Source: an uncultured Acetatifactor sp.
GTDB taxonomy: Bacteria > Bacillota > Clostridia > Lachnospirales > Lachnospiraceae
Reading direction: 5' to 3'
Length of the DNA: 64,000 nt
NCBI GenBank assembly: GCA_934426825.1
Contig: CAKRYI010000011.1
Coordinates: 5,302 to 69,301 of the forward strand
Shown in pieces: positions 1 through 9,943 of the stretch. Position numbers and translations under genes: made by a program. The notes under the pieces were generated by a model. It did not search any database. It saw nothing but the letters and a program-made list of their open reading frames with translations, and was not told the DNA's origin. The stretch's first letter is position 1. Each line of letters opens with the position of its first letter.

Positions 1-889
1 TTTTGCGGTCTAAAAACATTACCGGGTAGTAGTGCATCAGGTAGATGGAAAAGCTCATATCTCCCAGACGGACGAAAAGGCGCGGCATTTTCAGCCAGAG
101 ACCGGCGGTGAAAACCAAAAGCACCATAAGCATTGCAGGGATTCCCCAGAAAACAAATCTGCGGTAGCCGAGGATGTTGATGCCGGGCTTGGTGGCAACC
201 AGAAGAACAAAAATGCAGGCGGCAATGCACAGGCTTAAAATCGAAACCATGCGGGGAATCCGGTTTGCCTGAAAGAGGGCATAAATCCCACGGGCAGCGT
301 AGTAGCACAAAATTCCGAGCACAAATTCAAGCATCACAGAGTCGCCGTAAAAGCGGAGGAACGGGCAGCTTTCCGTTACGGAGGCAGGCAAAAGCGCCGT
401 GACAAGCACTATGCCGCCCAACATCAGGCTGCTGATGAGGCCCCTGTAACGGTGGCTGATATGCAGGGCAATAAAAAATATCAGGTAAAAAAAGATTTCG
501 CAGTTGACGGTCCAGCCGATGCGCATGATGGGCTGTAAAATCCCGTTTCCAATGTCAAAAGGGATAAACAGAAGGCTTTTTATCAAAAATTCCGGTTTCG
601 CCGTACTTTGGGCAAACATGGACGGGAAAAGCAGCAGGAGAAAATACGTCCCGAAAGTCATAAGGTAGTACAGGGGAAGAATACGGATCAGACGTTTTCT
701 TAAAAAGCAGGCGGAGCTTTTATGCGTGGAAAACATAATCATAAAGCCGCTGATGCAGAAAAAAATGTCCACGCCGAAAGCACCGCAGTTTAAAAAGCGG
801 ACATGCTCCAAAATAATGAACAGTGCGGAGAGTCCCCGCAAAGCCTGTATGCTGTCAAAACGATTGTCATGAAATGCTTTTGTTTCCAT
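1..889 (-). CDS. Acyltransferase family 3 (OatA/OpgC-like membrane acyltransferase), partial. The N-terminus is in the window and the C-terminus runs off the window start.
   Basis: Reverse-complement translation from the ATG at 889..887 gives METKAFHDNRFDSIQALRGLSALFIILEHV... followed by multiple hydrophobic helices. The AxRG(L/I)AA..V...H N-terminal signature is typical of Acyl_transf_3. AGGAGG-like SD (ggagga) lies 8 nt upstream on the minus strand. It is absent from the ORF track only because it has no in-window stop. Confidence 0.7.
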   Translation of the reverse strand, partial: METKAFHDNRFDSIQALRGLSALFIILEHVRFLNCGAFGVDIFFCISGFMIMFSTHKSSACFLRKRLIRILPLYYLMTFGTYFLLLLFPSMFAQSTAKPEFLIKSLLFIPFDIGNGILQPIMRIGWTVNCEIFFYLIFFIALHISHRYRGLISSLMLGGIVLVTALLPASVTESCPFLRFYGDSVMLEFVLGILCYYAARGIYALFQANRIPRMVSILSLCIAACIFVLLVATKPGINILGYRRFVFWGIPAMLMVLLVFTAGLWLKMPRLFVRLGDMSFSIYLMHYYPVMFLDRK

Positions 890-1088
890 GAAAAATCCTC
901 CCGAATTTTCTTCCAATATTTTTAAGGGTCCTGCAAAAGTTCAATGATACATCTGATTGTAACATGAAAAAGAGTATTTGAAAACGGAGGAAAACTGAAA
1001 ATTAGCTTGCGCAAGAGAATGGAACATAATAAAATATACATCATGGGTTATTCTAAGCTGTTGTGAAAGCGAGGTGGCAGACATACGG

Positions 1089-2690
1089 ATGAATGAGAAA
1101 GAACTCCAAAAGTTTACGGACAATCTGGACGAAAAGATTCTTTCCGGTCAGGAAATAGTGTGGGAAGATATTCGGTATGCCCTGTCACTGATAACGCCGG
1201 AAAAAGATGCCGGATTGTATGGAAGGGTCTGTTATTATGCGGCGTACTATATGCTTTGCAACGGACGGCAGGAAGAGTGTTTGTGCTATCTGAATGAGGG
1301 AATCCGCTACATAATCGGCACGGAGCAGGAGGTACATCTGGCGCGCTGCTACAACATGCTGGGCGTGGTCTGTCACAGTCAGAATAATCTGGTGGTGGCA
1401 ATGGAAAACTACGGCAAGGCTTTGAAATATGCCGCCCAATATGACCAGTTATTTATTCACAGCCTTGTCCTTGGGAACATGGCGGACGCCTATCAGCGGG
1501 TGGAATCCTATGCGCAGGCGGTAGTGTGCTATAAAAAGTGCATAAAAGAAATGCGGGAAAGCGGAGACCGTTCCGTGAACGGGGAAAATGTCTACTACAA
1601 GGTGCTTGCGTGTTACGGCTACTGTCTGGTGATGACGGGGGACGAAGAGGAAGCAATCCCGGTGGCGAGGGAGCTTGGTGCCTATTCTAAGGAAAATATC
1701 AACGACGCAGCGGCCAAACTGGCTGCCTACAATTTATTTGCCCTGCTCAGCTACAAGAAGGGCTTTTTGGAGGAAGCGGACAGATATATGAGAAAAGCTG
1801 TCCGGATAGCGCAAAACGGATGCACGATTTCCTCGGACTTTGATAATATATTGAATCTGCTCCAGTATGTGATTCTGGTGAAAAATACGGATTGCCTAAG
1901 GGAACTGTTGGACTATCTGGAACCACAGGCGGCGATTGAACGAAACGAGGGATTTTTACTGCAATTACTGCTGTTCCGGCTTCGCTATTGCAGTGATGAC
2001 ATGGAGCAGGAGAGTTTTGTCGAAAATACCAATACTTTTTTCCGTCTGAAAAACAAATATGAAAATACAGAAAACGGGCAGGTTTTGCGTATGATGAGCC
2101 TGCGCAGCAGACTTCGGAAAATAGAGGAGGAGCAGGGAAATCTTAAGAAAAAGAATTCCCGCTTGGTATACCAGACGGAGCATGACGAATTATCCGGTCT
2201 GTATAACAAAAGGCATCTGAACCGGCACATGGAAGAAATGTTTGAGGAGGCGCTGCATAAGGGGCTTCCTTTAGGTGTTGTGTTCACGGACATCGATTAT
2301 TTTAAGCAGATGAACGACCACTACGGTCACCAGAAAGGTGACAGCTGTATTGTGGCGATTGCCGAGGTAATCCGCGAGTGTATGCCGGAGGATTTTGCAG
2401 CAAGATACGGCGGAGACGAGTTTGTGATTCTCACGCTGGGGCGTTCCAAGGAGTATTTGGAGGAGCGTGCCAAAATGCTTGTGGATAAGGTGAGGGAGAG
2501 GCAGATTCCAAATGTGGATTCCAAGCAGACGGACATTGTGACCATTACAGTGGGAGCAGTCTGCGCTGTTCCGCATAAACCCAATAAAATGTGGGATTTT
2601 CTGACGGCGGCGGACGAGACTTTGTACGAGCAGAAGAAGGAAAAGAGGGGGTGCGTGCGCTTTTATGTGGGAAAGGATGACGGACTTTAG
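1089..2690 (+). CDS. Diguanylate cyclase (GGDEF domain) with an N-terminal TPR-like helical sensor region
   Basis: The C-terminal ~170 aa contain the canonical GGDEF core (LSGLYNKRHLN...VVFTDIDYFKQMNDHYGHQKGDSCI...RYGGDEFVILTL). The upstream half is alpha-helical and TPR-like. The ATG at 1089 is preferred over the GTG at 1074 because GAGGTGG lies about 10 nt upstream. Confidence 0.85.
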   Translation: MNEKELQKFTDNLDEKILSGQEIVWEDIRYALSLITPEKDAGLYGRVCYYAAYYMLCNGRQEECLCYLNEGIRYIIGTEQEVHLARCYNMLGVVCHSQNNLVVAMENYGKALKYAAQYDQLFIHSLVLGNMADAYQRVESYAQAVVCYKKCIKEMRESGDRSVNGENVYYKVLACYGYCLVMTGDEEEAIPVARELGAYSKENINDAAAKLAAYNLFALLSYKKGFLEEADRYMRKAVRIAQNGCTISSDFDNILNLLQYVILVKNTDCLRELLDYLEPQAAIERNEGFLLQLLLFRLRYCSDDMEQESFVENTNTFFRLKNKYENTENGQVLRMMSLRSRLRKIEEEQGNLKKKNSRLVYQTEHDELSGLYNKRHLNRHMEEMFEEALHKGLPLGVVFTDIDYFKQMNDHYGHQKGDSCIVAIAEVIRECMPEDFAARYGGDEFVILTLGRSKEYLEERAKMLVDKVRERQIPNVDSKQTDIVTITVGAVCAVPHKPNKMWDFLTAADETLYEQKKEKRGCVRFYVGKDDGL

Positions 2691-2825
2691 AAACGGGCAG
2701 GGAGATGTCAGTGAACACTTGCGGAAACCGCCCCATACCTATTATAATAGGATTAAGACAGGGTGAATGATAGGGGAATTACGAGCAAATGCTCTACAAT
2801 AGACACGGAAAGGGGTTCGATTGGT

Positions 2826-4424
2826 ATGAAATTAATTTTTATCGGAGCAGACCATGAGGTTACGGGAAGCTGCCATTACATGGAGGTAAACGGCAAGCAT
2901 GTTTTAGTGGACTACGGCATGGAACAGGGAGTGAATGTGTTTGAAAATGCGCCGCTCCCGGTAAATGAGGCACAGATTGATTATGTTTTTCTGACCCATG
3001 CCCATGTAGACCATTCAGGACTGCTTCCGCTTTTGTATGCGAGAGGCTTCAGAGGACAGGTGTTTACCACGGATGCGTCCGCAGATTTGTGCAGCATTAT
3101 GCTGCGTGACTGCGCCCACATTCAGATGATGGAGACGGAGTGGAAAAACCGCAAGGCGAGAAGAAGCGCAGGAGCCGCAGAGCAGGAGCCGCTTTACAAG
3201 ATGGAGGATGCAGAGGGCATTATCAAGAGAATTGTCCCCTGCCACTATAACAGCATTATCGAAATCTGTGACGGTATCAAAGTGCGGTTTACGGATATTG
3301 GACATTTGCTTGGTTCTGCCAGCATTGAGTTCTGGCTGTCGGAGAACGGCAACGAAAAGAAAATCGTCTTTTCCGGTGATATCGGAAATAAACATCAGCC
3401 GCTTTTGAAAGACCCCGCGTTTACGAAAGAGGCGGATTATGTGGTGATGGAATCCACCTACGGAGACCGTCTCCATTCTGCGGAAACACCGGATTATGTA
3501 AACGAACTGGCAGCCATACTTAAGGAGACCTTTGACCGTGGCGGAAATGTGGTGATTCCTTCCTTCGCAGTGGGAAGAACACAGGAAATGCTGTACTTTT
3601 TGCGTAAAATCAAAGTGGGACGTCTGGTGGAAGGACACGAGAATTTCCCGGTTTATGTGGACAGTCCGCTGGCGGTGGAGGCGACGGATATTTTCAATGA
3701 AAACCGCATGGAATGTTTTGATGAGGAAGCCATGGAAATGGTGCGGGAGAATATTAATCCCATTTCCTTTGCAGGATTGAAGCTGTCCATTACGAGTGAG
3801 GAATCCAAGGCAATCAATTTTGACGAGACACCGAAGGTTATTTTGTCCGCCTCGGGAATGTGTGAGGCGGGACGAATCCGCCATCATCTGAAACACAATC
3901 TCTGGAGACCGGAGTGTACCATACTGTTTGTAGGCTATCAGGCAGTGGGAACCTTGGGCAGGAGCATTGTGGAAGGCGCGGATGAGGTAAAACTCTTCGG
4001 TGAGTCCATTCAGGTGAGAGCGCAGATTAAGAAAATGGCAGGTCTGAGCGGTCATGCGGACAAAAACGGCCTGATTGAGTGGATTTCCGCTTTTGAGGAA
4101 AAGCCGAAAAAGGTATTTGTCGTGCACGGTGAGGACAGTGTCTGCACCGCCTTTACGGAATGCCTGAAAATAGAGCATGGACAGAGAGCTTACGCTCCTT
4201 ATAGCGGAACGGAGTTCAATCTGGCAAGCAACAAGTTTGAGTATGAGGCAGAGCCTGTTGCGGTGAAGAAGAAAGTGCACCCTGCAGCCGGTGTTTATGC
4301 AAGACTGATTGCAGCCGGACAGAGACTGATGGCTCTGATTAGTAAGAGTGACGGTCTGGCAAATAAGGACATGGCAAAATTTGCCGACCAGATTAATTCC
4401 ATCTGTGATAAATGGGAATCTTAA
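2826..4424 (+). CDS. MBL-fold beta-CASP family RNA-processing hydrolase (RNase J / CPSF-like)
   Basis: The N-terminus MKLIFIGADHEVTGSCH...VLVDYGMEQG...FLTHAHVDHSGLLP is the metallo-beta-lactamase HxHxDH motif. Length is about 530 aa with a beta-CASP-like middle and C-terminal region. The ATG at 2826 with an AAAGGGG SD is preferred over the upstream GTG at 2763. Confidence 0.7.
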   Translation: MKLIFIGADHEVTGSCHYMEVNGKHVLVDYGMEQGVNVFENAPLPVNEAQIDYVFLTHAHVDHSGLLPLLYARGFRGQVFTTDASADLCSIMLRDCAHIQMMETEWKNRKARRSAGAAEQEPLYKMEDAEGIIKRIVPCHYNSIIEICDGIKVRFTDIGHLLGSASIEFWLSENGNEKKIVFSGDIGNKHQPLLKDPAFTKEADYVVMESTYGDRLHSAETPDYVNELAAILKETFDRGGNVVIPSFAVGRTQEMLYFLRKIKVGRLVEGHENFPVYVDSPLAVEATDIFNENRMECFDEEAMEMVRENINPISFAGLKLSITSEESKAINFDETPKVILSASGMCEAGRIRHHLKHNLWRPECTILFVGYQAVGTLGRSIVEGADEVKLFGESIQVRAQIKKMAGLSGHADKNGLIEWISAFEEKPKKVFVVHGEDSVCTAFTECLKIEHGQRAYAPYSGTEFNLASNKFEYEAEPVAVKKKVHPAAGVYARLIAAGQRLMALISKSDGLANKDMAKFADQINSICDKWES

Positions 4425-4478
4425 TACAACCGGACAAAGACTATTTATGCGGGACAGCAGCGCAGGATTGGAGAAAAA

Positions 4479-5327
4479 ATGAGTTTAGCAGACCATATTT
4501 TTATTGATATGTGCAAGGATATTCTGGAGAACGGAACCAGCACGGAGGGAGAGAAGGTTCGTCCGCACTGGCCGGACGGCACCCCCGCTTATACCATAAA
4601 AAAATTCGGAGTGGTGAACCGGTATGATTTGTCCAAAGAATTTCCCATTATGACATTGAGACGGACGGCGCTTAAGTCGGCAACGGATGAGATTTTGTGG
4701 ATATGGCAGCAGAAGTCCAACAATATTCATGACCTGCACAGCCATATCTGGGACGAGTGGGCGGATGAGAACGGCTCTATCGGAAAGGCGTACGGCTACC
4801 AGCTTGGCGTGAAACATAAGTATAAAGAGGGAATGATGGATCAGGTGGACCGGGTGATTTATGATTTGAAAAACAATCCGTTCAGCCGCAGAATTATGAC
4901 CAATATATACGTTCATCAGGACTTGCATGAAATGAATCTGTATCCCTGTGCGTACAGCATGACCTTTAATGTGACGCAGAAGCCGGGGGAAGAGAGACTT
5001 ACTCTGAATGCCATTTTAAATCAGCGCTCGCAGGATGTGCTGGCAGCAAATAACTGGAATGTGGTGCAGTATGCGGTGTTGGTGCATATGCTGGCACAGG
5101 TCTGCGATATGAATGTGGGAGAGCTGGTGCATGTGATTGCGGATGCCCATATTTATGACAGGCATATCCCGATTATCCGGGAACTGATAAGCAGGGAACC
5201 GAAACCGGCGCCGACGTTCTGGCTGAATCCCGATGTGCATGATTTTTATCAGTTTACCAGAAATGATGTGCGGGTGGACGGATATGAGACCGGCGAACAG
5301 ATAAAAGACATCCCCATTGCCATTTAA
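4479..5327 (+). CDS. thyA: Thymidylate synthase
   Basis: 282 aa with strong ThyA signature regions (…PIMTLRRTALKSATDEILWIWQ…, …YPCAYSMTFNVTQ…, …LNQRSQDVLAANNWN…). Confidence 0.95.
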   Translation: MSLADHIFIDMCKDILENGTSTEGEKVRPHWPDGTPAYTIKKFGVVNRYDLSKEFPIMTLRRTALKSATDEILWIWQQKSNNIHDLHSHIWDEWADENGSIGKAYGYQLGVKHKYKEGMMDQVDRVIYDLKNNPFSRRIMTNIYVHQDLHEMNLYPCAYSMTFNVTQKPGEERLTLNAILNQRSQDVLAANNWNVVQYAVLVHMLAQVCDMNVGELVHVIADAHIYDRHIPIIRELISREPKPAPTFWLNPDVHDFYQFTRNDVRVDGYETGEQIKDIPIAI

Positions 5328-5379
5328 GAAAATCGCAAAACGACATAGAGCGCAAAAGGGCGCAGAAAAGAGGCATAAC

Positions 5380-5874
5380 ATGAATTTAATCGTTGCAGTG
5401 GACAACAACTGGGCAATCGGCAACAAAAATGAATTGCTGATCCGGATACCCAATGACCATAAGCATTTCAGGGAGGAGACGACGGGAAAGGTTGTAGTGC
5501 TCGGACGAAAGACGCTGGAGACATTTCCTCAGGGACTTCCTTTGAAAAACCGCACCAATATCATTTTGTCCAAGGATATGAATTATAAGGTAAAGGACGC
5601 TGTGGTGGTGCACTCTGTGGAGGAACTTCTGGAGGAGTTGAAGCAGTATGCCGAGGAGGATGTTTACATTATCGGCGGGGAAAGCATTTACCGACAGCTG
5701 CTCCCGTATTGTGACGTAGCGCATATCACAAAGATAGACCATGAGTATGAGGCAGATTCCTATTTCCCGAATCTGGACGAGGACGACGAGTGGGAGATTA
5801 CCGCAGACAGCGACGAGCAGACTTATTTTGATATTGCGTACCAGTTTTTGAAGTATGAGAGGAAACGAAAATAG
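5380..5874 (+). CDS. folA: Dihydrofolate reductase
   Basis: MNLIVAVDNNWAIGNKNELLIRIPNDHKHFREETTGKVVVLGRKTLETFP is the classic DHFR N-terminus. AAAGAGG SD sits before the ATG at 5380. It lies immediately downstream of thyA as the usual thyA-folA operon. Confidence 0.93.
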   Translation: MNLIVAVDNNWAIGNKNELLIRIPNDHKHFREETTGKVVVLGRKTLETFPQGLPLKNRTNIILSKDMNYKVKDAVVVHSVEELLEELKQYAEEDVYIIGGESIYRQLLPYCDVAHITKIDHEYEADSYFPNLDEDDEWEITADSDEQTYFDIAYQFLKYERKRK

Positions 5875-5920
5875 GGAACGCGTTGAAAGAAAAATAGTGT
5901 GATAGTGATTGATAATGTAA

Positions 5921-5957
5921 AAAGACAGTGATTCGGGAATGATTCACTGTCTTTTTT
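5921..5957 (+). terminator. Rho-independent terminator after folA
   Basis: Stem gacagtgattc-gggaat-gattcactgtc followed by TTTTTT. Confidence 0.75.
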
Positions 5958-6066
5958 AGGTGGCTCACGGTTGAGTATAAAAAGGACTTGATGACATGTG
6001 TTATGTACAGTATAATGATACAGTGAAAAGACAATGAAAAGCTACATTGAAGAATGGAGAAATAGG

Positions 6067-7440
6067 ATGAGAAAAAAGATAAGTTATCTGACAACACTGT
6101 TGTGTCTGTTTCTGTTGACCGGGTGCGGGAATGGTGCAAGTGAAGCCGCAACGCAGCCGGACAAGGTACAGACACAGGACACCGAACGCACTGTACTTAC
6201 CTTTGGGTATATAGACAGTTCTCCGGATTTGGATTTGGACAGCAATATTAATGAGAGGATTGTGACATTTAATAAAGGACAGGATAAATACTTTATTGAA
6301 GTTATCAAGTATGGTGAGGGTAGTTATAAAGATGGACTGAATGCCCTGAATGCCGATATTTCAGCCAAAAAGACACCGGATATTATTGCAATCGATGGAA
6401 AATCACTGCTTTGGCAGCTTGGAAATAAAGGTGCTATTGAGGACTTGTACCCGTATATTGATCAGGACGAAGAACTGAGCAGGGAGGATTTTGTAGAAAA
6501 TACGCTGGCTAATTTCGAGCGGGATGGAAAGTTGTACGGAATGAATCCTTTTTTTAGTATTTGGAGTATCTATGGTGATCCGGATATTATGACCTCGGAT
6601 AAAATCACGTTTCAGGAATTAAAAACGATGTACGAGGAAAATAAGGACAATGATGAAATGCTGGTATACAACGGTTTGAACCGGCATCAGCTGTTAGTGA
6701 CATGTATTTATAAATCTATCAGCAGTTTTGTAGACAAGGAAAACGGTAAATGTAATTTCATGGATGAACGTTTTCGTGAGATTTTGGAATTCTCAAAAGA
6801 ATTTGATGATACCCCATACAGTGATGTATCTTATGACTCGGAAAACAGTATCCGGTTGATGGAAGGAACACTTCCGCTCTTTACAGACAGAGAATTGAAT
6901 GGATTTGAGCAATATACCCATTATCGCGAATTGTCGGGAAAAAGTTGGGTGTTTATGGGTTTTCCGACTGTTGACGGATGCAACCCAAAGATTACCACTA
7001 AGGCGGTTGGCGCACCATTTCTGGCTATCGGCAGGGATTCAAAGAATAAAGAAGCGGCATGGGAATTTATCTGTACTTTTTTGGAAGATAAATTTTTCCT
7101 TGCCAACAAAGATGTGAACAGGGGAAAAGGATTTCCCATTACTGTAAGCGGATTTGAGAGAGCAGCCCAAAGAGCAGTACAGACTTCGTTAAGCAATGGA
7201 GAGGCGTCGATTACGGATGATATGGGAAGAACAATCAGCTATTCCATGGAGCCCACAACCGAAGAAGAGGTGGCATACATTAAAGAAGTGATCAGCCGGT
7301 GCAGACCGGAAGAAAACTATGATGAAATCGAAAACATTATTTCGGAAGAGATTCTGAACTACTGGAACGATACCAAGAGCGTGGAGGAGGTCATGGAAAT
7401 TATTCAGAACAGGGCGCAGCTTTACTTGGATGAGCAGTAA
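6067..7440 (+). CDS. Lipoprotein, probable ABC-type extracellular solute-binding protein (orphan)
   Basis: MRKKISYLTTLLCLFLLTGCGNG has a lipobox LTGC. About 450 aa mixed alpha/beta. No adjacent permease or ATPase genes. GGAG SD before the ATG at 6067. Confidence 0.6.
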   Translation: MRKKISYLTTLLCLFLLTGCGNGASEAATQPDKVQTQDTERTVLTFGYIDSSPDLDLDSNINERIVTFNKGQDKYFIEVIKYGEGSYKDGLNALNADISAKKTPDIIAIDGKSLLWQLGNKGAIEDLYPYIDQDEELSREDFVENTLANFERDGKLYGMNPFFSIWSIYGDPDIMTSDKITFQELKTMYEENKDNDEMLVYNGLNRHQLLVTCIYKSISSFVDKENGKCNFMDERFREILEFSKEFDDTPYSDVSYDSENSIRLMEGTLPLFTDRELNGFEQYTHYRELSGKSWVFMGFPTVDGCNPKITTKAVGAPFLAIGRDSKNKEAAWEFICTFLEDKFFLANKDVNRGKGFPITVSGFERAAQRAVQTSLSNGEASITDDMGRTISYSMEPTTEEEVAYIKEVISRCRPEENYDEIENIISEEILNYWNDTKSVEEVMEIIQNRAQLYLDEQ

Positions 7441-7516
7441 CATTTTATTGACTTTTTTTTCAAAAAGTATAATAATGTTAGGCAGATATATAATCTGAGA
7501 AAAGAGGGAAATACCG

Positions 7517-8542
7517 ATGGAAAAGAAAAATATCGATTGGAGCAATTTAGGCTTTGGATATGTACAGACAGACAAAAGGTATGTGTCCAATTTCAAGGAT
7601 GGAGCATGGGATGAAGGAACTCTTACAGATGACCCCAATGTTGTGCTGAATGAGTGCGCAGGAGTTTTGCAGTATGCCCAGACTGTATTTGAAGGTCTTA
7701 AAGCATACACCACAGATGACGGTCATATCGTAACATTCCGCCCGGACTTAAATGCAGAGCGTATGATGTCCTCCGCAGAGCGTTTGGAGATGCCCGTATT
7801 TCCCAAGGATCGTTTTATAGATGCTGTAACTAAGGTAGTAGCTGCAAATGCGGCATTTGTACCCCCTTACGGCAGCGGAGCAACACTGTATGTACGTCCC
7901 TACATGTTTGGAACTAACCCGGTTATCGGTGTAAAGCCCGCGGACGAGTATCAGTTCCGTATTCTCTGTACTCCCGTAGGTCCTTACTTTAAAGGCGGCG
8001 TAAAGCCTCTGACCATTCGTGTCAGTGATTTTGACCGTGCGGCACCTCATGGAACCGGTCATATCAAGGCAGGTCTGAACTATGCAATGAGTCTGCATGC
8101 AATCGTATCCGCCCACAAAGAGGGATATGATGAGAATATGTACCTTGATCCCGGAACCAGAACCAAGGTAGAGGAGACCGGCGGAGCAAACTTCCTGTTC
8201 GTCACCAAGGACGGCAAGGTAGTAACCCCGAAGTCCGACAGTATTCTGCCCTCCATCACCCGTCGTTCTTTAATATATGTTGCAAAAGAGTATCTGGGTC
8301 TTGAGGCTGAGGAGAGAGAGATTTATCTGGATGAGGTAAAAGATTTCGCTGAGTGTGGTCTGTGTGGTACGGCAGCAGTTATTTCCCCTGTAGGAAAGAT
8401 TGTAGACCATGGCAAAGAAATCTGCTTCCCCAGCGGTATGACCGAGATGGGTCCTGTTACCAAGAAGCTGTATGATACCCTGACCGGTATTCAGATGGGC
8501 AGAATCGAAGCGCCTAAGGGCTGGATTCATGTAATTGAGTAA
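7517..8542 (+). CDS. ilvE: Branched-chain amino acid aminotransferase
   Basis: 341 aa, class IV aminotransferase. VFEGLKAYTTDDGHIVTFRPDLNAERM and the region around EGYDENMYLDPGT...ETGGANFLFV match BCAT. Confidence 0.9.
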   Translation: MEKKNIDWSNLGFGYVQTDKRYVSNFKDGAWDEGTLTDDPNVVLNECAGVLQYAQTVFEGLKAYTTDDGHIVTFRPDLNAERMMSSAERLEMPVFPKDRFIDAVTKVVAANAAFVPPYGSGATLYVRPYMFGTNPVIGVKPADEYQFRILCTPVGPYFKGGVKPLTIRVSDFDRAAPHGTGHIKAGLNYAMSLHAIVSAHKEGYDENMYLDPGTRTKVEETGGANFLFVTKDGKVVTPKSDSILPSITRRSLIYVAKEYLGLEAEEREIYLDEVKDFAECGLCGTAAVISPVGKIVDHGKEICFPSGMTEMGPVTKKLYDTLTGIQMGRIEAPKGWIHVIE

Positions 8543-8583
8543 TTCTGAAATACACAGAAAATAGAGAAGAATGAAAATAAGGA

Positions 8584-8623
8584 ATATCCCCATGATATGG
8601 CGACATATCAGGGGATATTTTTG
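8584..8623 (+). terminator. Rho-independent terminator after ilvE
   Basis: ATATCCCC ... GGGGATAT stem followed by TTTTTG. Confidence 0.7.
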
Positions 8624-8794
8624 TACACCGGAGAGGGAAGAGTATGGTATAATGATTCTGCTGGCGCAGAATCCAAGACAGCAGAGCTGTCTTGCCGCCA
8701 CTTCGTGGCGTATTATACAAATCCATGGCTCGAAAAGTAAATGTCCCTGCGGGACGCTTCCACACCATTATCAAAACCAGAAAGAGTAAACACT

Positions 8795-9943
8795 ATGAAA
8801 TTTTTGCATACGGCGGACCTTCATATCGGGAAGAAAATTTTTGAATATTCTCTATTGGAGGATCAGAGATACATTTTGAATCAGATATTGGAAATTGCAG
8901 AAAAGGAAAAGGCAGATGCGCTTTTGATTGCGGGGGACGTCTATGACAGGGCAATCCCCTCCACGGAGGCGGTGAGCCTTTTAGATGATTTCCTCACAAA
9001 GCTGAATCGGGCAAAAATCCTTGTAGTGATGATTAGCGGCAATCACGATTCACCGGAGAGGGTGGCGTTTGCAGAGCATATTCTGGAACAGAGGGGACTT
9101 TACATTGCGGGAACCTACAGTGAAAAATTAAAGACGGTTGAATTTCAAGACGAGTATGGAACCGTGTCGGTAGTATGTATGCCGTTTGTAAAACCTGCGG
9201 TCGTGGGAGCGCAAAGCAGTGCGCAGGCGGTGGAAACGATGTTAAAACAACTTGACGACACAACGCAAAAAGGAACAAGGCGTATTCTTTTAACCCATTA
9301 TTTTGTGACGGGGGAGCAGGGGGAAACACCGGAATTATCAGACTCGGAAACGGACGTAAATGTGGGAGGTCTGGACAGTGTGCCGGCGGGACTTTTTCAT
9401 GATTTTGAGTATGTTGCGCTGGGGCATATTCACAGACCGCAGCGGATAGGACAGGGACAGGTGTATTATGCGGGCGCACCGCTAAAGTATTCCTTTGGGG
9501 AGGCACACAATGAAAAGAGTGTCAATCTGGTGGAGTTAGGACAGCCCGGAGAGGTGAACGTAAAGAAGATTCCGTTAAAACCCATGCGGGAGATGCGCTG
9601 CCTCAAGGGCAGACTGGCGGATTTAATTGAACCGAATGTGCTGGAACTGTCTGAATCTGACAGAGAGAATTATGTGCAGGCAACCCTGACGGACACGGAG
9701 GAATTGATTGACGCCATGGGAACACTCAGGAGCGTATACCCCAATGCACTGCAGATATTGTTGGAAAAGAATCAGGTGCAAACACAAGAGGGGTATGAAT
9801 GTGGAATTCATGCGGTAAAAAAGAGTACCATGGAATTGTTTTCGGAATTTTATGAAATGCTGAAAGGGGAACCCATGGACGAAAAGCGGTATGCCATGGC
9901 AGAGGCGGCAGCGAAAGAAGCTGAGAACGGGGGAGCGCTATGA
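8795..9943 (+). CDS. sbcD: Exonuclease SbcD (Mre11-family nuclease subunit)
   Basis: MKFLHTADLHIGKKIF...ADALLIAGDVYDR...ISGNHDSP are calcineurin-like phosphoesterase motifs. Its stop overlaps the sbcC start (ATGA). Confidence 0.9.
   Translation: MKFLHTADLHIGKKIFEYSLLEDQRYILNQILEIAEKEKADALLIAGDVYDRAIPSTEAVSLLDDFLTKLNRAKILVVMISGNHDSPERVAFAEHILEQRGLYIAGTYSEKLKTVEFQDEYGTVSVVCMPFVKPAVVGAQSSAQAVETMLKQLDDTTQKGTRRILLTHYFVTGEQGETPELSDSETDVNVGGLDSVPAGLFHDFEYVALGHIHRPQRIGQGQVYYAGAPLKYSFGEAHNEKSVNLVELGQPGEVNVKKIPLKPMREMRCLKGRLADLIEPNVLELSESDRENYVQATLTDTEELIDAMGTLRSVYPNALQILLEKNQVQTQEGYECGIHAVKKSTMELFSEFYEMLKGEPMDEKRYAMAEAAAKEAENGGAL

Noticed and set aside
32-238. 68-aa plus-strand ORF at the window start
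   Set aside because: It lies antisense inside the well-supported minus-strand acyltransferase-3 gene. There is no SD and its composition is unlike a real protein.
3015-4280. 421-aa minus-strand ORF antisense to the beta-CASP hydrolase gene, with similar antisense ORFs at 13011-13820, 28690-29151 and 43519-44253
   Set aside because: They oppose genes with clear homology-based support. The translations are Arg/Cys/His-rich nonsense typical of antisense frames.
7441-7516. Possible T-box leader upstream of ilvE
   Set aside because: The intergenic region is only 75 nt, too short for a T-box. Only promoter-like TATAAT boxes were seen.
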